In this document: piece after piece, positions 1 to 12,000 of the stretch
Layout of the letters: every line of letters starts with the position of its first letter
Position numbering within the stretch: position 1 is the first letter of the stretch
Origin: Octopus bimaculoides
Lineage: Eukaryota
Direction of reading: 5' to 3'
Length of the DNA: 64,000 bases
Assembly (NCBI RefSeq): GCF_001194135.2
Contig: NC_068988.1
Span: 13,407,305 to 13,471,304, forward strand
Notes under the pieces: generated by a model
Database searches by the model: none
Seen by the model: the letters and a program-made list of their open reading frames with translations, nothing else
Told to the model about the DNA's origin: nothing
Translations under genes and position numbers: made by a program

Positions 1-182
1 TTTGACCCCTCACCATCACTTGACAACCAATGTTGGTGTGTTTACGGTCCTGTAACTTAGCAGTTCGGCAAAAAGAGGCCGATTGAATTAGTCTAGGGGT
101 CGATTTCTTCGACTAAAAGGCGGTGCTCCAGCATGGCCGCAGTCAAATGACTGAAACAAGTGAAAGAATAGAAGTAAAGAAT
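1..182 (+). mobile_element. SINE 3' half (same family as 16121)
   Basis: gtaacttagcagttcggcaaaa ... gcggtgctccagcatggccgcagtcaaatgactgaaacaagt. Confidence 0.8.
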
Positions 183-1350
183 ATTAAAATGTATTTTAAA
201 AATAGCTGTGACTGACAAACTGTGGCAAGGAATCGAATTTAAACTTTAATGAAAGTAATATAATGGATTTGAAAGAAAATATGATAGCTCTCTTGTTTCA
301 CACGTATTATGTCTCTACATAGCTGTTAAGGACTAAACTGCAAACTATGACATGCAGAGTTTAATCATATAGTGCTGTATGACAGACAAGCAAGGTGGAC
401 TTGGTCAGTGGTGTACATCTTCAGGATAGTGTTTGGATCTAATGTGGCTACAGATGCTGCTGTCTAGTGGAAGAGACAGTGGTTTTTGGATGGTGTTGCT
501 GTAGTGTTTTGTAGATGTGTTTGTGCATTTAGTGTGGCAAGGACCAAGGGTTAGTATCAAATTGAGCTCCTTGCATATCCAGGTGGTCTTTTGTAAAGCT
601 TGTTTCTGGGTGGGTGTGGTCTGTATACAACTTGTGACAATGTAAAGTGTGCTGTTTTGTGTTCTTTGTTATTGTGGAGAGATTGGGAGACTGTGCAGAA
701 CTGATTCAGTCTTAGATGATCTCTAATGCATTGTTTGTTCACTAAGATATTATTTCTGTTGGCTAAGTGTCCAACATGTATGTGTGCTCTAAGTCTGTAT
801 GCCATTTTCTTTTATTTACTGTCTCTTCAGTATGTACTATGAATGTTGTAGTCATGTTGAATTAGCATTTTTGTCTTCTCTGTGTATGTGTGTATGTTTT
901 ATGGTATGTTTGTTTCTGAGTGTGATAGTGGATTGTATTTCTTGTTCTCTATGTAGCATTACTGGTTAGAAGGAAGACTGGATTTAGTAGATGCTATTTT
1001 ATATTGGAACTAGATGTCTAGGTGATTGTTGTAGGGTTGGTGTATCAATGACTCAAATGAATTAGTCTTTGGTTGGTGTTTTCAGAATGACAAACATTTT
1101 GTCATCGATTAATGAACTTGGCCTAATGTAAAAATAATGAATCAATAATTCATATCTATGTAACAAATCAAATATTTGTTTGAAGCTGACAATTCACTCT
1201 ACTACAAGTTTTTTTCCCCACTCCTTTGCATTAATTCAGGCACCTGATTGAACATGTGAAAACTCAGAGTAGCACTGGAGTGGATCATCTACATTCATTG
1301 AGTACTTTCTCCTCTTTGTACACCCAAGTGTGTGTGTGTGTGTGTGTGTA

Positions 1351-1625
1351 TTGTCATTGTTTAACGTCCGTCTTCCATGCTAGCATGGGTGGGATGGTAC
1401 CACAAGAGCCGGCCAGGCTTCTGTGACTGTTTTGGCAGGATTTTTACAGCTGGATACCCTTCCTAACACCAACTACTCAGAGTGGGCTTTGTGCTTTTTA
1501 TGTGGCACAAGCACAGGCGAGGTCAGTTTTGGCAAGGTTTTTACAGCTGGATGCCCTTCTGAACACCAACCATTTTACAGTGTAGAATGGGTGCTTTTAA
1601 GTGGCACCTGCACTAACAAGGTCAC
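1351..1625 (-). mobile_element. Diverged RTE-related 3' end
   Basis: gtttaacgtccgtcttccatgctagcatggg and tttacagctggatgcccttc motifs shared with the young copies. Confidence 0.7.
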
Positions 1626-2454
1626 CAAGTACTTCCAAGACAAGAAAAAAAACTTAAGAGGGGAGGAGGTGATGATGAAAAGGTTATAGTGAGAGAGATA
1701 CAGGTGACTTGCTGTAGAGGAAGTACAAGGTTACCTGGCCGGAGAAAGATCAGGAATGAAGACAGAAACAGGTGTGCTACTGCAAAGGTAGTACATGGTT
1801 GCCTAACCTGAGGGAAGTGCAGGATAAGGAGAGAGAGTGGGAGATAGCAGGTTAGAGATGGTGGCAAAATGCCAGGCATACTCACAAGGAACAGGGATCA
1901 GAATATAAATGAGATGGTTGAGTAAAGGAAGAGAGAGATATAGATGATGGTAAGTGCCAGGGCATACCCTTGAGGTTCAAATGCCATAATATAAGTGACA
2001 GGATATTACGAAGGGAGTGTGATTAGAGTGCGAGTAAGTGGCGAAAGACCTGGGTATATATATAGTTCAAGGTGGGGATACTGGATAGCAATGATACAGA
2101 GGAACGGGTATGAGGACAGGATTGGGGGTGAGAGCTAGGTATAGTGAATGAAGGAGGAAATGTGCGAAAGAGAAGAGATGTAGATTAGTTTGTTGGGGTA
2201 GGGTGAGGGAAAAGTTTTCTTATGTGTGGGTGGAACACCCAGGTCAGGGACTAGCAGATAACAATAATAGTGAGACAGGGCATGTGGGTAGAATGCACAG
2301 GTTAGGGGCAAGCAGAGAGCAATGATACAGTGGCACAGGGCCAAGAGGACAGGATCGGGGAGTGGGAGGCAATAATAGTACATGAAGTGGAAATGTGAAG
2401 AGAAGAGACGTAGTTTGGTTTGTTGTGGTAGTGTGGGTGGGACACAGAGTTTCT

Positions 2455-2824
2455 AGAACTCAGTTTTGCTGATGTGGGCAGGTCTTTTCAGGAATTTCAT
2501 ATCGCCGGACATCTCAGTCCATTGTCATTTCGTCCATGAGGCCCAACTCCCTGAGACTAGTCCTTACCACCTCATCCCTTGTCTTGGGTTCCCCCCTTCC
2601 ACAGGTACCATCCACTTAGAGTGATCAACACTTCTTTATGCAGCTGTCTTCATTCATACGCATCACTTGTCCAAACCAACGTAGTCTTCTCTCTTGCATG
2701 CTATATTTGATTCCTCTTATGCCCAACTATATATATATATATATATATATCATCATCATCATCATCATCGTTTAACGTCCGCTTTCCATGCTAGCATGGG
2801 TTGGACGATTTGACTGAGGACTGG
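2455..2824 (-). mobile_element. Older RTE C-terminal relic (2455-2728) abutting a young RTE 3' end (2751-2824)
   Basis: Minus strand reads LGIRGIKYSMQERRLRWFGQVMRMNEDSCIKKC with stops; the adjacent (CAT)n-tailed 3' end matches the young copies. Confidence 0.75.
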
Positions 2825-2988
2825 NNNNNNNNNNGGCAAATCTTTCCTTATCTGCTTCCCCTCTGGCTAAATAAACCTGTCGCCTAGCCTCCCTTCTGGC
2901 ACATATATATATATGTATATATATGTATATATATATATATATATATGTATATATTTGAAACTAATAGTTGAATATAATTTTCTTGCAG

Positions 2989-3070
2989 AAAACTGATAAT
3001 TTTGCTGCAAATACCTTGCATGAGCCAACTCCTGAAGACAGAGTTGAAGCTGAAAAGCTTAAAAATAAAG
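2989..3070 (+). CDS. SGTA/SGTB: SGT exon ([28 protein letters not shown])
   Basis: tttcttgcag acceptor, GT donor at 3071, 82 nt, phase 0 to 1. Confidence 0.9.
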
Positions 3071-6000
3071 GTTTGGAGATATATATTTTTAATGATTAAA
3101 TAATTTAAGATGTCAAATAGCATTGTATGAAACACATTTGTTTTGTAAATTGAATGTGGTTGTAACATTGAATGTGTCTGTTTTCATAGACATTTCATCT
3201 TTCAGTGTAAATTTTAAAGATGTTTAATCTATTAGCATGTAAAATGAAAGAGTGTATGTATTGTACAGATACATGCATGGACACTTTAGATTTGAAATTT
3301 CATACTTATTTTGAAAATATTCTATAGGAAGTTATCAGTACAGTTATGTCTCATGATAAAGCTAATTCCACTATGGAATTATTGAGGAATTATTTTGCCA
3401 TTTTCTGGTATCACTAAAGAATATATTGTTTTATTTTAGATAATGTTGTTCCAATTCAAACTTGAAATATGCAATCATTTTCTGTCTCAAAAGAAATAGT
3501 TCTTTTTTATATAATTTACAGGAAATGACTTCATGAAAGCAGAGAAATTCTCCGAAGCACTAGAATGTTACACAAAGGCCATAAAGTTGGACAACAAAAA
3601 TGCTGTTTACTATTGTAACAGGTAACTAAATTGTTTCTTTTTTTGTGTAATTCTTTTAAAGAATGCACTTATTTATCCTAGAATCCGTTGTTGGTTTCAA
3701 TTAGTGTCTTCTCATTTGAGTATTAATTTTGTAATTACTTTTTTTTATTTTGATATAGCTGGTTTTATTTTTTTATTCTGTCCTTTCCTATTCTTGACAT
3801 TAGGAACACTAAAGAAAAGCTTTTAGATTTTACATATTATTAACTGAATAATAAAATAAGAAAAGTCTTAGTGTAAAGATGTGATAAATTATTGCACAAA
3901 TGGCTTTTCTAGAAGTTATCAAAGGGCAAAGCTTTATCTGGGGATAATAGTTATAAAGAGGATTACTATTTGTAAATTTCACAACGAGAGATATTCAGCA
4001 ACAGTACTTTGGAGCAAAGATTGTCTGCCAACACATGGCAGTCCTGGTTTACAGCAACATTTGTCCTAAACCAGGACTGCAATGTTGTGTTGGTAGGCAG
4101 TCTTTGCTCCAGTTATAGAGAGGTACTGGATTTGGATACCTCAATTATTATTTTTTTTTGGTTTTGTTGACCAAAGGTGTCTAGGATTTAGTCTCTTTGT
4201 GCAGTGCCTTAGGCAAGTGTCCTCAATAGCCTAGAACTGACCAAAGCTACGTAAGTGGATTTGGTAGATGGAAACTGAAAGAAGCCTGTCATGTATGCGT
4301 GTGTATACCTTTGTCTTGATATCATATTATGGTTGTCAATGAGCATCGGTGTTTTTGAGGTTTTTCAAGAAAGACCTGTCTAGCTATGGGAAAATATCCC
4401 TTGCTTGGAAACAGGTAAGAGTTGGTGGCAAAAGGCATGTGGCTGTAGTAAATTTGCCTGGACAAATTCCATCCAATCCATGTAAGCATAGAAAAGTGGA
4501 CATTAAATGTTATTTACTGCCCAGCGATACTATCATGCAACCACTGAACCAGGAAATTATCAAGAGTTTCAAATGTTAATCATCATCATCATCATCGTTT
4601 AACGTCCGCTTTCCATGCTAGCATGGGTTGGACGATTTGACTGAGGACTGGTGCAACCGGATGGCTACACCAGGCTCCAATCTAATTTGGCAGAGTTTCT
4701 ACAGCTGGATGCCCTTCCTAACGCCAACCACTCAGAGAGTGTAGTGGGTGCTTTTACGTGTCACCCGCACGAAAACGGCCACGCTCGAAATGGTGTCTTT
4801 TATGTGCCACCCGCACAAGAGCCAGTCCAGGGGCACTGGCAACGATCTCGCTCGAAAACCCTACAAGGCCAGTCAGGCGGTACNNNNNNNNNNNNNNNNN
4901 NNNNNNNNNNNNNNNNNNNNNNNNNNNNNNNNNNNNNNNNNNNNNNNNNNNNNNNNNNNNNNNNNNNNNNNNNNNNNNNNNNNNNNNNNNNNNNNNNNNN
5001 NNNNNNNNNNNNNNNNNNNNNNNNNNNNNNNNNNNNNNNNNNNNNNNNNNNNNNNNNNNNNNNNNNNNNNNNNNNNNNNNNNNNNNNNNNNNNNNNNNNN
5101 NNNNNNNNNNNNNNNNNNNNNNNNNNNNNNNNNNNNNNNNNNNNNNNNNNNNNNNNNNNNNNNNNNNNNNNNNNNNNNNNNNNNNNNNNNNNNNNNNNNN
5201 NNNNNNNNNNNNNNNNNNNNNNNNNNNNNNNNNNNNNNNNNNNNNNNNNNNNNNNNNNNNNNNNNNNNNNNNNNNNNNNNNNNNNNNNNNNNNNNNNNNN
5301 NNNNNNNNNNNNNNNNNNNNNNNNNNNNNNNNNNNNNNNNNNNNNNNNNNNNNNNNNNNNNNNNNNNNNNNNNNNNNNNNNNNNNNNNNNNNNNNNNNNN
5401 NNNNNNNNNNNNNNNNNNNNNNNNNNNNNNNATTGCTGCACCTCTTATGTGTCCATAGCTTGCACCGGGTACATCTTATAGAGTTACTACCTACTCCTTT
5501 ACTGCATACTGAGCAGGGCCATCTACCTGAAGGGGTTTGTGTTTTATCTACCTTCCTACTTATTTAGGATTTTGGTTTTTGCTAGGTTGACTCTAAGGCC
5601 CTTCAATTCTAGTCCTTGCTTCCACACCTTAAACTTCTCTAGTTCTGATAGTGACTGCGCAATTAGTGCAAGGTCATCAGCATAGAGGAACTCCCAGGGG
5701 CAACCTGTCTTGAATTCCTCTGTGATCGCCTGGAGGACTATGATAAATAGGAGGGGGCTGAGGACGGAACCTTGGTGGACCCCTACCTCTACCCGGAAAA
5801 CACAATCAGCAGTAAAGAATCTATCCCTGACTCTCAACACCAAATTAAGGATGTGATTTTTTGCATCTGCTATTTGCATGGACTTTTGAAAGCATGATGC
5901 AAATTTAACTTGTTTTCATGTTTGTTAATTTAATTTCTCTTGATTTTGATTTTCTTTTAATGGTAGGCAGGGCATTATCATTGACAGAAAACAAGCATAA

Positions 6001-9000
6001 ACATACCAACACCGGTTGTCAAGCAATGTGTAGGGACAAACACACATATACGCAATGGGCTTCTTTTAGTTTCTGTCTACTAAATCCACTCACAAGGCTT
6101 TGGTCAGTCTGAGGCTAGAGTAGAAAACACTTACCCAAGGTGCCATGCAGTGAGACTGAACCTGGAACCATGTGGTTGGGAAACAAGCTTATCACATAGC
6201 CATGCCTGTACCTATTATTTTTTTTTTGAAAATATTCATTTTAACTTTGATTATTTTAAGTATTCCTTATTGTGCAATTATTTCTAGTATATGTGTAAAA
6301 TTTAGGTTTTATTTGGTTTTATTTTGAAATTACTTTTTTTTTTAAATTTTAAAATGTTTTTTCTAAATTGTTTACTATACATTTAATAGCTTTTTATTTA
6401 GGAAATTTATGACAACTACTTCCNNNNNNNNNNNNNNNNNNNNNNNNNNNNNNNNNNNNNNNNNNNNNNNNNNNNNNNNNNNNNNNNNNNNNNNNNNNNN
6501 NNNNNNNNNNNNNNNNNNNNNNNNNNNNNNNNNNNNNNNNNNNNNNNNNNNNNNNNNNNNNNNNNNNNNNNNNNNNNNNNNNNNNNNNNNNNNNNNNNNN
6601 NNNNNNNNNNNNNNNNNNNNNNNNNNNNNNNNNNNNNNNNNNNNNNNNNNNNNNNNNNNNNNNNNNNNNNNNNNNNNNNNNNNNNNNNNNNNNNNNNNNN
6701 NNNNNNNNNNNNNNNNNNNNNNNNNNNNNNNNNNNNNNNNNNNNNNNNNNNNNNNNNNNNNNNNNNNNNNNNNNNNNNNNNNNNNNNNNNNNNNNNNNNN
6801 NNNNNNNNNNNNNNNNNNNNNNNNNNNNNNNNNNNNNNNNNNNNNNNNNNNNNNNTTCTGTGTTATTGCTGTATGTTTTACACCTGTTGCTTATTGTAAA
6901 GGTGATTGATTAATTGGAAGATTCTTAAATTTTACTTGTAGATTGGTATGATCAAAATCTTTATGCTCTTAAAGTTGTCCTGTTATGGCACTAAGGAAAC
7001 TTGTTTCAGATGAGAAAAAAAAAAAAAAACACTATCTTTTACAACAATGTCTGGTCACCAGCTGTTGCAATAGATTGAGAATAGGTTTGGTCATTTTCAT
7101 ATTTTAAACTGTTTATTATTTTCTTATCCTTTTACTTGTTTCAGTCATTTGACTGCGGCCATGCTGGAGCACTGCCTTGAGGGTTTTTAGTTGAATAGAT
7201 TGACCTCCCCAGGACTTATTCTTTTAAAGCCTGGTATTTATTCTATCAGTCTCTTTTGCTGAACCGCTAAGTTTTAAGGGATATAGACACACCAACACTG
7301 GCTGTCAAGCAGTGGTGGGGTGCACACATGAGTTTCTTTCAGTTTCTGTCAACCAAATCTACTCAAGTCTTTGGTTGGCCCAAGGCTTTAGTAGAAGACA
7401 CTTGCCCAAGGTGTCATGTGATGGGAACCAGGCTTCTTACCACACAGTCACGTCTGCAGCTGTTGTTTACAATTGGAAACAATTGCATAAGTTTCCCCAT
7501 TGTTGACTCCACACTCCATTTTACAGTTGATGTGACAGATGCATAGTTAGACTACTTAATGAGAAAGAAAATATTTATTGAAAAAATAACAATTTGTTAA
7601 AAATTACTCTTGTTTCAAATCAAACTACCCATTAATGTATGATAACCAGAAGCTGTCAATTTATAGTTTGATTTGTGGCTTCTTCATTAAATATCTTTCA
7701 CTAATTCTGTTCTAAATAAGTGTATTTAATAATACGTGTATGAATGTATATAAAAAGATTTTTTCTTTTTTCTTTTTTGTTATCCATGTTAAAATTCATT
7801 TTAACATTTAGTGAGACAAGCAGAGGACTCTCATTGTTAATTTGCATATATTTATTTCTCAGTGAGAAAAATAATTCACAACTGTTTTGTTCAGTATAAT
7901 CTACTGTTACTCATTATGCTATTTCTGATGTCATAAGACATGTTCGTGATTAACAACATGTTTAAGCATTTTTATTGGAAAGCTAGAATTTGGAAGCACA
8001 TCATTAATTACTGCAAATAACTTTTCCATCATTACAATGTCATGTATAATCAATCAATCCTGTTTTTTAATTCCAGAGCTGCAGCCTACAGTAAATTAAC
8101 TAAACATACATCAGCTATCCAAGACTGTAACAGTGCATTGGCCATTGATCCTAGCTACAGCAAGGCATATGGTCGGATGGGGTGAGTGATCTTGTAGATA
8201 CAGGGACAACACTGACTTTCTAGGCACTGATGATCTAGAATCTCTTGTGATCCACACTGATTTATGAGCAGGAACATTAAATTCCTGTGATGCTAGTCTA
8301 GTTTACTGGGTGGTTCCATTTCACTGTACCTCATAAAATAAATTTATATAATTTATACACATGTACAGGTACCTGTATTTTATTTAATTAAATTTAATAT
8401 CTGTTTAATTTTGAGGAGAGCACCTCAGGCTTCGAAAAATCAGTAATCTGGGAAGGCTTTGAAACCAAAAGTTCCTGAAAATCAATGTTGTACCTGTAGT
8501 AATTTTTATCAACTCTATTGAATAGACCAGTTTCATTGTTAGATAATTTGAGACTATCTTGTTGCTTGTATTTTTGATGTTGAATCATTTTCTAATAGTG
8601 TTAATGAATTGATCTATTTTTTTTAGAATGGCTTACCTTGAGCTTGAGAACAATGAACAATCTCACGAATGCTACAGAAAAGCTTTGGAGTTGGATCCAA
8701 ACAATCAGAGCTACAAGAATAATTTAGAGATGGTTGAGCAGAGACTTCGGGAACAAGCTATGGGGGTGAGTTGACAAATACTACAAATGGTTAATCTACA
8801 AATTTAACCCTATTGATACCAACCTGCCTCATTCTATGATACAAACTTGTTTTGAAATGATCTGAATTAAAACCTCCCTTCAAAATTTCATGTTCCAAAT
8901 ACCAGCTTAATGACGAGTTATTTACTAAATTCTTAACTATTTTCAAAATTAATTGAAACAAAGGCAGCAAATTTCAACAGAAATATAACAAAAGGGTTAA

Positions 9001-12000
9001 AGATTTGCCAGTTTTTTGGCTTTTCTAGATGCAAAGTTTTCATTTTTTTTTTTTTTAATGTTTTGCATTAAATGTTCTAAATTGACCACAGTACAGTTCT
9101 CCGATTCACCAGTACCTGCCAAACTGTCCAACTCATCATGCCAGCATACCTGGCCAGCTCTTGTGAAACCATTCCACCTATGTTAGCATGGAAGGCGGAC
9201 GTTAAACGATGATGAATATGTTACAAGATGAAAGACTCAACACAGACATTGTTTTGATACTGCATATTTTGACGGACAATTTTCAAGGTTTCACAAAACA
9301 AATTTAGAGAAATAACAGGTGTAATAGAATGGTAGAATAAGCAGACAGACATCATTATCATTTAATGTCAACTTTTCCAGACTAGCATGGGTCAGATGGA
9401 ATTTGTTGTGGCAGATTTTTTTATGGCTGGATGCCCTTCCATACTATGTGCATTTCCAGGATTATGATACTGATGAGAGATCCAATTCATTGAAACATAC
9501 AGAATATGAATATCAAGTTCCTTCAACTCTAAACCTGAAGTTAATAAGGAAAAAATACTTTGTGTTTAAATGTTTTTCAGCAATCATTCGATAGTAGTAC
9601 GCTGGTTGTCAACTGGCTGTCAGCTGGTCAACATGTCTTTGTTTACATCAATTCGGCAATTTCCGTAAAGAAAGAGGGAAAGGGTGTTAGTCAGCGCCAG
9701 CAGGTAGCAGAAAGTAAGAGGGAAAGGGTGTTAATCAGCGACAGCAGGTAGCATCCCGACTGACTGAGCGTCGACGTTCGTGCGCGCGCGAGTTCTCTCT
9801 TCGGTTCGAGGTGCTTCGCGTGCAGGCGTTCGTAACAGTATTTCACAGAAATAAGAGAAATGGTTATAAAAAAAACTATAAATACCAATCGGTTTTAGTT
9901 ACTCATTTTATACTGTGCGTTCATTATAAGAAATTTGTTTGTAATTTCGACCACTTTCATTTTCTACAAACCTTTAAAAAATAAACATAAAGACTTTAAA
10001 TAAACATACTCTTTACTCTTTTACTGTTTTACTTGTTTCATTCATTTGACTGCGGCCATGCTGGAGCACCACCTTTAGTTGAGATCGGTCTTTTTTGCCG
10101 AACCGCTAAGTTACGGGGACGTAAACACACCACCATCGGTTGTCAGGCGATGTTGGGGGGGAAAACACACACACATACATATATATGACGGGCTTCTTTC
10201 AGTTTCCCTGCATACACCTCTCTAGAGAGCGAGAGATAAGTGACATGTGTTTTTAAGAGTGTGAAAGAGAGAGAGAAAGCGAGAGATAACTGGCATGTGT
10301 TTTTAAGAGAGTGTGAAAGTGAGAGAGAGAAAGCGAGTGATAAGTGACATGTGTTCTTAAGAGAGGGGGAAGGTTAGGGTTAGGAGTGTCTGCTACCTGC
10401 TGTCGCTGACTAACACCCTTTCCCTCTTACTTTCTACTACCTGCTGGCGCTGACTAATGCCCTTTCCCTCTTTCTTTACGGAAATTGCCGAATTGATGTA
10501 AATAAAGACATGTTGACCAGCTGACAGCCAGTTGACAACCAGCATACTACTATCGAATGATCGCCTGTTTTTCTGTCGTATAAATTGGTTTTCAATTTCG
10601 TTTTTCTTCCCCTTAAAACAAAATTCATTCTCATTTCAGGCTGGATTAGCTTCTGGTGCTGCTGGACAAAAAGGCTTTGATTTGTCAAGTATAGTTAACA
10701 ATCCAGCACTTATGAACATGGTCAGTTGATGTAATGTTTTTTCTTATATGAAAATGTCAAATATTAAGACCTAGGCACAGGTGCGGCTGTATGGTTAAGA
10801 ATTTTGTTTCACAAGCGCATAGTTTTAGGTTCAATCTCTTGTGTCACTTTGGCAAGTGTCTTCTACTATAGTGTCCGGTTGATCAATATTGTGTGAGTGA
10901 AATATGGTAACTAGCAACAGTGTGAAAGCCCTTTGTGTGTGTGTGTATGCATGCACATGTATCTGTGTTTGTTCTAGTACTGCTTGGGATGCTGTGGCAT
11001 TTATGTTTCCTCATAAAAATTTTTTAAATCTTGGTATAAAGTGTTAGGAAGGGCTCAGACCATAGTCAACTACCTCGAGAACTCTCATTGAGCCCAGTCT
11101 AGCATGGGAACAAAAAGCAAATATAGAAATTAAATGATTGCATGAATAGCTCTCTTGTTATTTTGTATGGAATTAATCTGTTTATTTCTTTTGTTTTCCT
11201 TCAGTTAAACTCCAATGCTTTGTGATAGTTTTTCATATTCTGTTGATTACATTAATCACTTAGACGATGTTGACTATGCAAACCTGACATTTATTATAAA
11301 TCTTGCCTTTATATATAAAGGCACAGGTTTGAATGTGTGGTAAAGAAGTTTGCTTTTCAACCACATAGTTTTGGGTTCAGTCTTACTGTATGGCACTGTA
11401 GGCAATATTGCTCTTGGCTCACCAAAGCCTTGTGAGTATATTTGGTAGACAGAAACTGAAAAAAGCCCATTGTGTGTATGTTTGTGTTTCCTTGTCTTGA
11501 CATTGTGAGGTTGTTGTAAATGAATATCATTCATTTCCAGTATTCTGTGAAAACATGTCTGGCCTTGAGGAAATATTACTTTGCTTGGAAATGGCTAAGG
11601 GTTTGACAACAAGAATGGCATCTGGCTGTAGAAATTCTGCTTCTATAAACTTCAGCTGACGCATGTAAGCCCAGAAAGATGGATGTTGACATGATAATGT
11701 TGGTAAAGACCCTCCCTTTGGCTATGAATGACCATGGGATTGCACCATGAAAGTTCACCTTTGCACAAGTCTGGTCAAGGTTGTATATGGAAGACCAGCA
11801 GTTGCCCATGCATGCCAGCCTCCCCTCTCCATGCCACTGATGTTATTCAAGGAAAAGGCAAAGGCCGATACATTTTGGCACCATTGATGTCACAACTCAT
11901 TTTTTCAGCTGAGTAATCTGGAGCAATGCAAAATAAAGTCTTGCTCAAGGACACAACACACACCCAATTCCAGGAACCGAATTCAAGCCTGACACTCTAA

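Noticed and set aside
400-1100. GT-rich stretches (also 40000-40750, 41400-41700, 45435-45780, 47470-48830) with faint retroelement-like peptides
   Set aside because: Too degenerate to assign or order motifs without a search
4651-5567. Long ORFs spanning N-runs (also 6409-6909, 23229-24036, 34411-34650, 62119-62559)
   Set aside because: Length comes from untranslatable gap characters; flanks are RTE/SINE sequence
10374-10384. TTAGGG TTAGG telomere-like motif
   Set aside because: Under two units; expected by chance
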